64,000 nt of DNA from a candidate division FCPU426 bacterium (GCA_963830915.1 CAWHOE010000064.1:160001-224000); one strand, 5' to 3'; shown: positions 40,072-51,251, counted from the stretch's first letter. Made by a program: numbers and translations. Notes: generated by a model from the sequence alone, not told the origin.

Positions 40072-40992
40072 CTACTTTCCCAATTTAGAACGGTTCGGAT
40101 CCAAGGTGATCATTGCCACAGCCGCGACGATGAGGAGCGAAACCAGGAAAATGAACGAGGTTAGGGCCTCTCCGGCGAATATCCAGCCCAAAATAACGGC
40201 GATCACGGGATTCACGAAGGCATAGGTCGAAGCTAAGGCTGGAGTGGCCTTATGCAGGACCCAAATATAGGAAGTAAAACCGATGAGGGAACCGAACAAG
40301 ACCAGATACAACCATGCGATCACCGAATGGTAGCTGATCAATGCCCAATGAAATTCAGCCGGTTCTCCAAAAGCCAAACCAGCGATCAATAGGAAGATCC
40401 CGCCGGTTATCATCTCCATTGCGGTGGCTTGAAGAGGGGAGGTTGGCAACTTGGCTGATTGGGCGTAAAGGGAACCGACGGTCCAGGAAAGCGAAGTGCC
40501 GATCAAAAAAAGGACCCATAATGGATCAAACCTTTCAACTTCCGTTTCCCCTTTTGGAAAAACCAAAAGTGATATTCCCGTAATCCCGATCGCGATTCCA
40601 ATCCAAACCAGACCGTCCGGTCTAGGGCCCTTTTTCCAAAGCCATTGAAGCAATACCATCCACAAAGGGACTATTCCCACGACCAACGCGACAATGCCCG
40701 AGGGGACTTTGTTTTCGGCAAGACAGACTCCCCCATTTCCAATGGCCAAAAGAAAAAAACCAATCAGGGCCGCCGATTTCCACTGGGCCCACGAAGGCCG
40801 CGATTCGCCCTTGATCCATGTGAATAAATAAAGTATTCCACCCGCGACCAGGAATCTTGATCCGCCCATGAAAAATGTAGGTATTGTTTCGATCGCGATT
40901 CTGATTCCCAGGTAAGTGGAACCCCAGAGTATGTAAACAGTGAAAAGCGAGATCCAAACACTCAACGGATACCTGGTCTTTTGAATTTGCAT
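40072..40992 (-). CDS. EamA/DMT family transporter (YedA-like)
   Basis: VYILWGSTYLGIR, STYAFVNPVIAV; 10 TM. Confidence 0.9.
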   Translation of the reverse strand: MQIQKTRYPLSVWISLFTVYILWGSTYLGIRIAIETIPTFFMGGSRFLVAGGILYLFTWIKGESRPSWAQWKSAALIGFFLLAIGNGGVCLAENKVPSGIVALVVGIVPLWMVLLQWLWKKGPRPDGLVWIGIAIGITGISLLVFPKGETEVERFDPLWVLFLIGTSLSWTVGSLYAQSAKLPTSPLQATAMEMITGGIFLLIAGLAFGEPAEFHWALISYHSVIAWLYLVLFGSLIGFTSYIWVLHKATPALASTYAFVNPVIAVILGWIFAGEALTSFIFLVSLLIVAAVAMITLDPNRSKLGK

Positions 40993-41053
40993 GGCTCTTT
41001 TTCCTGTTCTATGATGTTCATGAAACCCGAAAATCAGGGAAAAAGAGGTTAAC

Positions 41054-42031
41054 ATGTCCGAACTTCAGCAGGCTACTCCTAGGGTCAAAAAAAACCTGCT
41101 CCTGATAAGGGTGCTCCTGACTTTCATCCTGTTTTGTTTCGCGTCCCTCTCCCTGCAGGTCCATCCCGAACAAAAACCTGTCATTATCATCTTCATTTGC
41201 GTGATGCTGGCTACTTTCATCCCGTTTTATTTTTTAGAGGACCAAAAGTTCGAGAAGGTTCGTTTTCAATTCATCGTTTTTTCAATGGATTTCGTCTTTC
41301 TCATGGGTTGCCTTTTCCTATTCGATCATTTCGAAACTAATCTCCTGATCATCATCTTCATGACCTTTTTTATATCCGCCTTGAGCCAATCGGTCGGCCG
41401 AAGCATCCTGGTGGCCATCGCCGTCATCAGTCTTTACATATATTTGATCTATTTAAAAAACGATACCGTGAACTATCTGGACCCTGTGCTTCTTTTATCC
41501 TGCGCCCTACTTTTCGTCGTTTCCGTTCACTCGGGTTATCTGGCCTATCGCACGGTCCAAGAGGAGATCGAGATCATGGATTTGGCAAAAAAAACCAACT
41601 TGTTGAGCGAAAGGGTCAAGGAAGGGGATGTTATCGCTTTGGAATACGCCGGAACCTTGAAAAACGTGCTGGATACCCTTCCTATTGGCGCCATCGCTGT
41701 TTCCGTGGAAGGAAACATCATTTTCGTCAACGCCCGTGTGGGAAAATTGCTGGACCTGAACCCCCGTTCCTTGACCAATCTTTATCTGTTTTCGAAAGAT
41801 ACCGCATTGGACGAGATCGGATCCAGGATGGCCCAATCCATCAAGGAAAGGCGCGAACTGAAACGGGAATATCTGGATATAACTTGGAAAGGGATTCCTA
41901 AGAGATTCCGTCTGGATAGCGCTTCAGGGTCCGGTCCCAACGGCAAGGTATGGGGGACTCTCTTTTTATTGCAAGAAACCGTCAAACCAACCACCGACGC
42001 GTCCGGGAACATCGCCCCTTCGGACGTTTAA
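41054..42031 (+). CDS. Multi-TM membrane protein with a C-terminal PAS domain
   Basis: About five N-terminal TM helices; VLDTLPIGAIAVSVEGNIIFVN PAS signature. Confidence 0.75.
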   Translation: MSELQQATPRVKKNLLLIRVLLTFILFCFASLSLQVHPEQKPVIIIFICVMLATFIPFYFLEDQKFEKVRFQFIVFSMDFVFLMGCLFLFDHFETNLLIIIFMTFFISALSQSVGRSILVAIAVISLYIYLIYLKNDTVNYLDPVLLLSCALLFVVSVHSGYLAYRTVQEEIEIMDLAKKTNLLSERVKEGDVIALEYAGTLKNVLDTLPIGAIAVSVEGNIIFVNARVGKLLDLNPRSLTNLYLFSKDTALDEIGSRMAQSIKERRELKREYLDITWKGIPKRFRLDSASGSGPNGKVWGTLFLLQETVKPTTDASGNIAPSDV

Positions 42032-44182
42032 GGGTTCCCTCTTCCCAGGACTTCGGAGGGGACCACTTCCCATCTTTCTTTTCCCGGCACCATCCATAAA
42101 AAATGATAGTCCATCTTGAAATCCGGGTTGCTGGATCGATGATCTTCCAATCGGACATCATGTTTCCCTGCCCTTAAAAATATGTCTTTTTGCAGACGTC
42201 CTTCCATATCGAACAACAACTGTCCATCGATCCATATTCTGCCTGGATCCTTGGTCAATAAACTGAACCCATATTTCCCAGGATGGGAGATAAGGATACG
42301 ACCGGTCCATTGGACAAAAATCGGTAGACTCGGAACGGGAAAATCTGCACGGGTAGTGAAATTGATCAAGGGGTCGAACCTTTGGGTCCAAAGTTTTCCG
42401 GATGAGTCATTCCCCCCGTAATACTCACCTTTAAGCCCTTGCTCTTTTTGTAAAATGGATAAAGGTCGGCGGAAATAATAAAAAAAAGCCAGAATCCGGC
42501 CATCCTTGTCCTTAAAATCGTTTCTCCTTTCCGCCGGGGAAATGTTTTTTTAATAACTCCATCGTCGGGCCTTTCCCTTCATCCAAGACAAAACAACCCT
42601 CCTTAAACTCGGCTGGAAAAGAGACTCCATCCAAACGAGCCGGATCCAACAAACCCAAACGATCGGATTGCCCATAATCGAGGAAACGAACGGTGTAATG
42701 CTCACAGAAGATAGGGGCCAGGAAATAAAAAGTTTCCGGATGAGCTAGCACCCTTTTCCCCACGGTCGTAGCCTCTATACTGTGCCCTTTCCAATGATCG
42801 TAATCATTGGTCTGGTCAATAAAGTAATCCTTGATATTTTGGGCAGCGCAGAAAAATAGGATCAGAAAACCTGCGATCACCCATAATTTTCTTTGACGGG
42901 GAAAAAAGCGAACCGCATTTTCGTAGGTCTTGATCATCGCGGCTGCCGCTATAAAAGCCACGAAAGGTGTCTGTCCAAGCATTCGATGGGCTTGAGCTGG
43001 TTCGGATGAAAGGAACCCTGGCATTCCCATGACAACCAAACCGGTTAGGGAATAAAAATAGGCCCTTTCCTTGATCCTGAACAAAGCCCAGAAGAAACCT
43101 ATGACAAAAAACAAACCCGTCACATCGTCCAAACACCGATGATCTTGATAATTGAACTGGGAAACTTCGACGCAGGTTCGGTTATACATCAACAGGGTCT
43201 GGCTTAATTTCTCCCACAACGGCTGAAAACTCTTCACCCGCGCCATCTCCGAACCAATAAAAATAGCCGCTTCTCTTTGGCCAACAGTTCCCGTTTGGAT
43301 CCAATCCCGGAGAATGGGAAATACTAACAACAAAAAAGAAAGACCTAAAAGTATTATTTTATTTCGATTCTGGCGAACCGCCTCTGGATTTAGGGAATAT
43401 TCATACAAAAGGTACAGTAAAACCAGGACTGGAAAAATTTTATAGGACTGATAGGTGTATAGCCCCCCAGCGAAAAAAAGACTGGCGACCACGTAAGGCC
43501 ATCTTTTCCCTGTTTTTAATCCGAACAGAAGAAAGGACAAAGTTCCGAACATATAGAACAATATCTGGATCCCTCGAAAACCATCTCGACTAAAGGATAA
43601 GTGCCATCTAATGACCGCTAAAAGGAACAAAGTCGTAAGCGCCAGACGGGGACCGGCCAATTGTCGGAAGGTCCAATAGATCAGCGGCAATGCCGCGATG
43701 GAATAGACCGTAAAAAACATGATCAGGTGTGTTTGGTCAGCGGGAAATAATCGGAACCAAAATGATAAAAGATAAACTAAATAAGATGGATTAGAGGAAA
43801 ACGGAGGAAGGATGAACGGCGGGATCCAATGCTCTTTCAAGACTCTCAAGGCCAAATAACCCGGTCCGGAAACGTCCAGGTAAAGGCCCTCCGGAATTTC
43901 TCCGATCCTAAAAAATCTTAAACCACAGGCCAGGCAAACGACCGCGCCGAATAAAACCCATTCTAATGATGCCGGCAAAGAGGCCTTGGATATCCCTTCT
44001 AGATTTTCCTGATCGGTAACCGAAAGGAACAAAAGGACCGCCATCCCATAAAGGACTAGACCAGGTATCAGTGTTCCTGGGGTACCTGATGAGGCTAGTT
44101 CCCATTGTCCCCATCCCCCCAAAAATAGGGAGAGGACCAAGAGGATCTTTTGATGATCCTTTTTTTTACCCGTTGAAACCAA
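42028..44182 (-). CDS. GT-C/ArnT-like glycosyltransferase with a C-terminal PA14-like domain; frameshifted near 42480-42530
   Basis: ORF 42512..44182 (PEGLYLD loop, TMs) continues in another frame into GLKGEYY...DPLINF...VQWTG...PGKYGF (ORF 42028..42369). Confidence 0.7.
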
Positions 44183-44369
44183 ACGATCTCTCCCATGGAA
44201 CGATCCTATTTAATTCTTGAGGTCGGTTATACCCGAAAATGATCGGTTATTGAACAGAATCGAACCCCACCCACGATAGCCTTCCTTGGCTCACTTTATG
44301 CACTGAGAAATTTCTGACATGATCTGTTTTTTCTTGAACCTAACTCGAAGTAGGTTAATTATAGAGATG

Positions 44370-44458
44370 GCCGCACAGTCCATCAGAATACGGGCCACTA
44401 GCACATAACAGTCGGGTGAGCCCCTGATCTTCGGAATTCCGAAGCGTGCGGCTTTTTT
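44370..44458 (+). ncRNA. Candidate structured RNA (unassigned)
   Basis: Nested pairings GCCGCAC/GTGCGGC, ATCAG/CTGAT, GGGC-CAC/GTG-A-GCCC, palindrome CTTCGGAATTCCGAAG, then T6. Confidence 0.35.
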
Positions 44459-44665
44459 ATTGTCCTTCGACCGACTTATTCCCTTCTTCCCTTCCAACAT
44501 CCGTATCGGAATACCGATCGAAAGCCAAAACCCGTCAAGATCAAGAGGGCCCAACACCAATGGCGTCTTGCCTCACTGAAAATATCGTTCCAGACAAAGA
44601 AATAAGATTCATTTTTGAATAAGCGTGGTAAAATATGTGCAAGTCGTTGCGAAGGAGGTTCCAAC

Positions 44666-44710
44666 GTGGCGAAAAAAGCAAAAAAGGCAGCCAAGAAAAA
44701 AAAGAAGTAA
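44666..44710 (+). CDS. 14-aa Lys/Ala-rich micropeptide MAKKAKKAAKKKKK
   Basis: AAGGAGG RBS, GTG start, double TAA stop, upstream TGGTAAAAT extended -10-like element, downstream terminator. Confidence 0.6.
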   Translation: MAKKAKKAAKKKKK

Positions 44711-44737
44711 TAAGCTGCTAGTGGTAGTAGAAAAACC

Positions 44738-44768
44738 AAAGCCTGAATGATGACATTCAGGCTTTTTT
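44738..44768 (+). terminator. Rho-independent terminator
   Basis: GCCTGAATG-ATGA-CATTCAGGC followed by T6. Confidence 0.85.
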
Positions 44769-45122
44769 ATTTCTCACATCGAATTTTCCAACTCGTTCTT
44801 GTCCCCAACAAAATCAGATAGGTTCATCAGGACCATCCGCTGAAATCCAAAAAACTTTCCCTTCATTAAGGAACACATTTCGACTTTGTTCTCTTTTTCT
44901 CGCTTATTTTGTTGGTAAAAAAACACCTCCTACCACAGGTTGTAGGTGTCGGTTTTTCCCTTATTTTGTCACCAGCGCTGGGTTTAAAAAGAATTAACGG
45001 ATTCGAGACCTAAAAGGGATGGGAATTTCACAAGGCTATTCCCTAAATTTTACTAGGTCATGAGAAACATTTTTTATCGACAGGAAAGATTAATGGAATG
45101 GGTGGGCCAAAGTATGTTCCAG

Positions 45123-45854
45123 CTATTTTCCGAAGACTTTGTTCCAAATGATCCTGAGAGGATCGTAATATTTATCCACGACCCTTTCCTTCAATGGAAT
45201 GATCGCGTTGTCGGTGATGTGGATGTCCTCCGGACACACTTCAGTGCAACACTTGGTGATATTGCAAAGGCCGATCCCTTGTTGTTCCTTTAAAAGGGCG
45301 GTCCGGTCCAACGCGTCCATCGGATGCATTTCCAGGCTGGCGATCCGGGCGAAAAAACGTGGCCCGGCGAATTCCCCGAATTTGTTGTGCTCTCGCAGAA
45401 CGTGACAGGTGTCCATGCAAAGATAACATTCGATGCATTTCCGGAATTCCTGGATCCGATCGATATCTCGCTGCTGCCATTGCCACACCGCCCCATCCTT
45501 CGGGGTAAAAGGCGGGATCTTCTTGTTCACCTCGTAGTTGTAGGAAACATCCGTGGCCAGGTCTTTCATGATCGGGAAAGTCTTCATCGGGGTGACGGTG
45601 ATGGTTTGATCCGGCTCGAATTCGTTCAGGCGGGTCATGCACATGAGCCGAGGTTTTCCGTTCACTTCCGCCGAACAGGAACCGCACTTGCCCGCCTTGC
45701 AGTTCCAACGGCAGGCCAGGTCGGACGCTTGGGTAGCTTGGATACGGTGGATAGCGTCCAATACGACCATCCCATCGTTCACATCGACCTGAAAATCCTT
45801 AAGTTCCCCGCCTTCCGAGTTTCCTCGGTAGACTTTCATATGGATCTTTGACAT
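45123..45854 (-). CDS. sdhB: Succinate dehydrogenase/fumarate reductase Fe-S subunit
   Basis: CKAGKCGSC, CIECYLCMDTC, CNITKCCTEVCP. Confidence 0.93.
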   Translation of the reverse strand: MSKIHMKVYRGNSEGGELKDFQVDVNDGMVVLDAIHRIQATQASDLACRWNCKAGKCGSCSAEVNGKPRLMCMTRLNEFEPDQTITVTPMKTFPIMKDLATDVSYNYEVNKKIPPFTPKDGAVWQWQQRDIDRIQEFRKCIECYLCMDTCHVLREHNKFGEFAGPRFFARIASLEMHPMDALDRTALLKEQQGIGLCNITKCCTEVCPEDIHITDNAIIPLKERVVDKYYDPLRIIWNKVFGK

Positions 45855-45903
45855 GAACCCCTCTTCTCTCTTTCTTTAACCAATATTCCCGAAATGATCC
45901 GGC

Positions 45904-47783
45904 TCAATGAGCCGGAACTTCCCCTCGGATTTGTTTCAATATCTCGGGTTTTAAAAGACCTTCCTTGACCAGCTCCGTTTCCAATGTTTCCGGGATCTGC
46001 GGCAGGTCTTCTGTCGCTACTTCCATAACGTCCCCATGCCGACGGATCACGATCCTTTTATTCGCGAAATCGGCTGAATAGGTTGTGAAGTCGGTCCGGG
46101 TATGTCCTCCCCGGGATTCTTTGCGTTCCTTGGCGGCCCGGGCGATGGCTTCCCCAACCACTAACATATTGCGCAGATCCAACGCCACATGCCATCCTGG
46201 GTTGAACAGACGATTCCCCTCGGCGAGATCTTGGCCCAACGCGTCCTCAATGCTTCTAGGTCCTTAAGACATTGTTCTAGGAGTCCCTCTTCCCGGTACA
46301 TTCCCGCGCCTTTTTCCATGACTGATCTGCATATCCGCCAGGACCGCGTAGGAGGATTCCCCCCCTCATGCTCGAAAGGCCGATTCATTTCTTGACTTAA
46401 AACCGCTAATTGCGCCTCATCCACCTTGGGCATGTCATTCTTTTTGGCGAATACCGCCGCGTGTTCCCCCGCCAACTTACCGAAAACCACCAGGTCGGAA
46501 AGGGAATTCCCTCCCAAACGATTGGAACCATGCATCCCCGCCGAGCATTCGCCGGCGGCAAAAAGCCCCGGAACGGTCGACATCTGGGTTTCCGGATCTA
46601 CCTTGATGCCGCCCATCATGTAATGGCAGGTCGGCCCCACTTCCATGGGTTGTTTGGTGATATCCACATCCGCCAATTGTTTGAATTGGTGGTACATGCT
46701 GGGAAGTTTCCTTTTGATATCCTCGGCCGTGCGTCGGGATGCGATGTCCAGGTAAACACCGCCGTGCTCGCTGCCCCTGCCTTCATTGATCTCGTTCCAA
46801 ATGGCTCTCGCGGTCACATCCCGACTCATGAGTTCGGGGGGCTTTCGTTCTTTGACGGTTTCCTCCATCTGTCCTTCCACGACGACCTTCTTGAACCAAA
46901 GATCGGCCTCTTCCTCGGTTTCAGCGTATTTACCCCGGTACTTGGGAGGGATGTACTTGAACATGAAGCGCTCGCCCTTGTTGTTCTTCAAGACCCCGCC
47001 CTCTCCTCGGACCCCTTCCGTGATCAGTAGTCCTCTCACCGAGGGCGGCCAAACCATGCCCGTCGGGTGGAATTGAACGTATTCCATGTCGGCCAAATCC
47101 GCTCCCGCCATATAAGCCAAAGCGAACCCATCGCCCGTGCATTCCCAGGAGTTGGAATTGACCCGGTAGAGCTTGCCGATACCGCCCGTGCTGATCACCA
47201 CCGATTTGGCCTTGAAAAGGACCGGACGACCTGTCTCCCGGAAATATCCGAAGGCCCCGGCAATGCGGTCCCCATCTTTCAAAAGGGAATAAATGGTACA
47301 TTCCATGTGGACCTGAATGCCCGAATGGACACCCTTATCCTGGAGGGTACGGATCAGTTCCAATCCGGTCCGATCCCCAACGTGAGCCAATCGTTTGTAT
47401 GTATGACCGCCAAAATGGCGGACGTTGATGTTTCCTTTACCGTCGGTGGTGCGATCGAACACCGCGCCCCACTTCTCCAGTTCCCGGACCCGATCCGGGG
47501 CCTGTTTGGCGTGGATCTCGGCCATTTTCCAGTGGTTGGCGAAATTTCCCCCGATCATGGTGTCGCAAAAATGCTGGTGCCAGCTGTCGCGCGAATCCAC
47601 CGTGGCCAGGGCCGCCGCGATCCCGCCTTCCGCCATCACCGTGTGTGCCTTTCCCAACAGGGACTTGCACACCAACGCGGTCTTGCATCCGGCTGCCGAT
47701 GCTTCAATGGCTGCCCTTAACCCCGCTCCTCCCGCTCCGATCACCAAGACGTCATATTCGAAGGTTTGATAGTTTTCGCTCAC
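45904..47783 (-). CDS. sdhA: Succinate dehydrogenase/fumarate reductase flavoprotein; frameshifts at about 46220-46365
   Basis: GAGGAG, AHTVMAEGG, QFHPTG, HGSNRLGGNSL; the C-terminus (ESRGGH) lies in ORF 45904..46239; GTG start at 47783. Confidence 0.9.
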
Positions 47784-47803
47784 CGCGTTCCCCTTTTGTT
47801 GGT

Positions 47804-48571
47804 TCAGAATATCTTGATGTCCGTCCAATACCCGGTCGCTACAAGCCTGACATAAAGATCGGCGAACATGACCGTGAACAAGGACAACCAACCCCAGAGT
47901 GGGTGGTCCTCATTGAGTTTGGACACTCGGCACCAGACCTTGTAACGCAGGTCATTCACCGCGCAATTCGAGAAACAGTCCAGCTTTCCACCCACCAGAT
48001 GCCGCCAGGCGTGGCAGGAGAAAACATAAAGGGTCAGGAAGACCGTATCGACCAAAAGCACCAGTGTCCCCATACCGACGTAATATCCTTTGGGGCCCTC
48101 CTTGGTGAAGGACATGACCAGATCGACCCAGTGATTGATGACCAATAAAACGGCCAGGTAAAGGAAATATCGGTGGATGTTCTGAAGGATGAAAGGAAAA
48201 GCCTGTTCGCCCTTGTATTCCCGTTCTTCCTCCCCCACTAAACAGGCCGGAGGGTCCTGGAAAAGAGCGCGGTAATAGGCTTTACGAAAGTAATAGCAAG
48301 TGCCCCGAAAACCGGCGGGAGCCCAGAGGATCAGGATGGCCGGCGACCACTTGTACCAAGAAGGAGAGAAAAACGGGGAAAATGCCGGCGATACGTATGA
48401 TCCCCATTTGTAGTAAACCTGTCCATTCGGGCCATAAGGGGTCAATGCCGCCCAGGTCATATAGGCGATGAAAGCGAGCAAGCCCAAACCGATAGCGACG
48501 GATTCCAGCCACCATTCATCTTGCCTTAAAGTGACGCCCGAGCCCTTCTGTGTCCTGACATCAATAGACAT
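47804..48571 (-). CDS. Succinate dehydrogenase membrane anchor, actinobacterial Sdh1-like
   Basis: FRGTCYYFRKAYYR, NIHRYF, SCHAWRHLVGG motifs; directly upstream of sdhA. Confidence 0.8.
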   Translation of the reverse strand: MSIDVRTQKGSGVTLRQDEWWLESVAIGLGLLAFIAYMTWAALTPYGPNGQVYYKWGSYVSPAFSPFFSPSWYKWSPAILILWAPAGFRGTCYYFRKAYYRALFQDPPACLVGEEEREYKGEQAFPFILQNIHRYFLYLAVLLVINHWVDLVMSFTKEGPKGYYVGMGTLVLLVDTVFLTLYVFSCHAWRHLVGGKLDCFSNCAVNDLRYKVWCRVSKLNEDHPLWGWLSLFTVMFADLYVRLVATGYWTDIKIF

Positions 48572-48682
48572 AGAACCTCCTCAAAACGATACGAACTTGA
48601 CCTCTACTGATCCATTCGAAGGATCGGTCCGCTCCAAACGGTTCGATTTGATCTTTTTTGGATCCAAAGCGAACCCAAATAC

Positions 48683-49672
48683 TCACCACTTCAGATTACT
48701 GCTGTGTCCCGGCTCGACTTTATCGTTTGGATTGATGTAATTCTTGGCGAAGTTGACCGCTGTGGCGCCTTCCGCGAAACCGGTCGCGATCAGGTCCAAT
48801 TTGCCCGGATGATCGACGATATCCCCAGCCGCGTAGATCCCCGGCACGTTGGTTTCCATCTTTTGGTTCACCGGGATCTTATTCTTTTCCAGCGTCAACC
48901 CCCAATCCTTCAAGAAAGACAGGCTGGCCTGGAAACCGAAATTAAGTACCACCAGATCCACCGGAATGGATTCATCCTTGTTGGTGTGGTTATCATAAAT
49001 GACCGCTTCCTCGACTTTTCCATTGCCTTTCACGGTTCGGAGCTCATACCAGAGTTTGATATCGACCTTGGAAGCTTTAAGTTTATTGACGGAAGACTCG
49101 TGGGCTCGGAATTCATCCCGACGATGGATCATGGTGACCTTTTGCGCGATGGGTTCCAACATTAATGCCCAATCGACAGCCGAATCCCCTCCCCCAACGA
49201 TCAATACCCTTTTGTTTTTATAGGGATCCAGGGAAAGAACCCCGTAGTTCACCCCTTTTCCCTCGAAGGCCGTCAATTCCGGATTGGGATGTTTCTTGGG
49301 TGTGAAGGACCCCATACCCAGGGTCAATACGACCGTCTTGCTGAAATGCTTGATTCCCTTGTCGGTGGTCAATTCGAAGATATTATCAGGTCGTTTGACT
49401 AGGGTGAGGACTTTCTCTCCCAACGCGAGCGGCGGCTTGAATCGCAAGAGTTGCTCTTCCAATTCCTTGACCAACTCCTTCCCCGCGATCCGGGGAAATC
49501 CCGCCACGTCAAAAATATCCTTTTCTGGATACATGGCGGAGACTTGACCGCCCAGGGTTTCGAGGGAGTCAATCAGCTTGAATTTCATGCCCCTCAGTCC
49601 CGCGTAAAAACCCCCGAACATACCCGCCGGTCCGCCTCCGATGATGATGACGTCAAAGATTTCTTCCGCCAC
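48683..49672 (-). CDS. Ferredoxin-NADP+ reductase (TrxR-like, YumC type)
   Basis: GGGPAG, YPEKDIFDVAGFP, GGGDSAVDWAL, HRRDEFRAH; no CxxC. Confidence 0.9.
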   Translation of the reverse strand: MAEEIFDVIIIGGGPAGMFGGFYAGLRGMKFKLIDSLETLGGQVSAMYPEKDIFDVAGFPRIAGKELVKELEEQLLRFKPPLALGEKVLTLVKRPDNIFELTTDKGIKHFSKTVVLTLGMGSFTPKKHPNPELTAFEGKGVNYGVLSLDPYKNKRVLIVGGGDSAVDWALMLEPIAQKVTMIHRRDEFRAHESSVNKLKASKVDIKLWYELRTVKGNGKVEEAVIYDNHTNKDESIPVDLVVLNFGFQASLSFLKDWGLTLEKNKIPVNQKMETNVPGIYAAGDIVDHPGKLDLIATGFAEGATAVNFAKNYINPNDKVEPGHSSNLKW

Positions 49673-49762
49673 GAAATACCTCCGGATCTTAAATATCGTC
49701 CGTCCTCAAAATCGGACGGACTTAGGTCTCATGTGTCCCAAAAAGATCTTCCCCACCTACGA

Positions 49763-50206
49763 TCAACGGTTCGGTTGGTGGCTCATATGCCTCGCGGGCC
49801 TGGCGATCGTGATGCTCCCCTTGATGCATACGGTCTCGCATAATTTACAGCTGACGCATTTCTTCTCATCGACCAGGGCGATCTTGAAGAATTCCGGATG
49901 GTCCGATCTGGGCGCCATGGAGATGCAGTCAAAGGGGCAAATGTCGACGCAGAATTCGCAGGCCGTGCAGGTTTCCGGGTCAACCTTGGCCTTGGGGATC
50001 TCGATGGGTTTTATCTTTTTGACGATTTCGCCGGCCGGATCGATGATGGCTTCCACCGGGCAAAAGATGCCGCAAACACCGCAGTCGATGCAGAGGGAAG
50101 GATCGATATGGTGGAGGGTTTTTTTCACACCGGCGATGGCTTCAGTCGGGCATTTCACGGCGCAAAGGGTGCAACCGATACAATTATCCAATATGACATG
50201 CGGCAT
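49763..50206 (-). CDS. Poly-[4Fe-4S] ferredoxin
   Basis: Four CxxCxxCxxxC motifs. Confidence 0.9.
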   Translation of the reverse strand: MPHVILDNCIGCTLCAVKCPTEAIAGVKKTLHHIDPSLCIDCGVCGIFCPVEAIIDPAGEIVKKIKPIEIPKAKVDPETCTACEFCVDICPFDCISMAPRSDHPEFFKIALVDEKKCVSCKLCETVCIKGSITIARPARHMSHQPNR

Positions 50207-50271
50207 GAAGGCTCCCCTAGCGAACAATACCGTCTGGAATGAACATTTAATCAAATGGCCCCTGAAAAGAA

Positions 50272-50299
50272 AAGAGCCTTCTTAACAAAGAAGGCTCTT
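50272..50299 (-). terminator. Hairpin between korB and the ferredoxin gene
   Basis: AAGAGCCTTCTT-AACA-AAGAAGGCTCTT. Confidence 0.65.
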
Positions 50300-50311
50300 C
50301 CCAGGCCTGTT

Positions 50312-51205
50312 TTAAACGTACTCCTCGATGAACTTATGGCGCTGTTCTTTGCTCAATCCCAACTTCTGGACCTTGGCCAAGGCGGACCCTTGAAGAGCTG
50401 GGTCGGCGGCGTCAATGGAAGGCTTGGGATTCGGATTCTTGTAAAGAACCCCAATGGGTATCTTTTGACCCCATTCCTTGGCCCGTTCCATGGCTTTGTT
50501 CCAGTCCGATGGATCATGCCCCGCGTCTTCCAACTTATACACCCTCTCCTTGAACCAGCCGAAGGTGTTCTGTTTATTGAAGGTGACACAGGGTGAGAAA
50601 ACATCGATATGGGCGAAACCTGGGTATTGGATGGCTTGGGTATAAAGATTTTTCAAATGGTTGATGTCGCCTGAAAAACCTCGGGCCACGAACCCGCAGC
50701 CAGCCGCCAGGGACATGACCATAGGATTCAACTGACCCTCCGGATTTCCATAGGGAGTTGACTTGGTCTTCATGCCCGTCTCCGAGGTCGGGGAGGTTTG
50801 CCCCGTCGTCAATCCATAGATCTCGTTATCCATGACGATATAGGTCAAATTGATGTTTCGCCGGATGGAATGGATGAAATGCCCTTGTCCAATACCATAG
50901 CCGTCACCATCACCGCCGCAGGCGATCACGGTCATCTCGTGGTTGGCGATCTTGCACCCCGTGGCCACCGGTAGGGACCTTCCGTGCAGGGAATGCATAC
51001 CGTAGGATTTGAAGAATCCCGGCAGATTGGAAGAACAACCGATACCAGAAACAACCATCAATTGCTCATTAGGGATCCCTAGTTCCGCCACGGCTCGCTG
51101 CAGAACGGTCAATACCCCGTAATCCCCGCATCCCGGACACCAATCGGGCGGGATCTCCGGCTTATAGTGTTTGGCTTCCCTGGCTACTGGCGCTGCTGTT
51201 GGCAT
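50312..51205 (-). CDS. korB: 2-oxoacid:ferredoxin oxidoreductase beta subunit
   Basis: WCPGCGD, SGIGCS, GGDGDG TPP motif, YGLTTGQTSPT. Confidence 0.92.
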   Translation of the reverse strand: MPTAAPVAREAKHYKPEIPPDWCPGCGDYGVLTVLQRAVAELGIPNEQLMVVSGIGCSSNLPGFFKSYGMHSLHGRSLPVATGCKIANHEMTVIACGGDGDGYGIGQGHFIHSIRRNINLTYIVMDNEIYGLTTGQTSPTSETGMKTKSTPYGNPEGQLNPMVMSLAAGCGFVARGFSGDINHLKNLYTQAIQYPGFAHIDVFSPCVTFNKQNTFGWFKERVYKLEDAGHDPSDWNKAMERAKEWGQKIPIGVLYKNPNPKPSIDAADPALQGSALAKVQKLGLSKEQRHKFIEEYV

Positions 51206-51251
51206 AATTTCCTCCTGGAAAATGGCTCCCCTATGGGAACTGGGTTAATGG

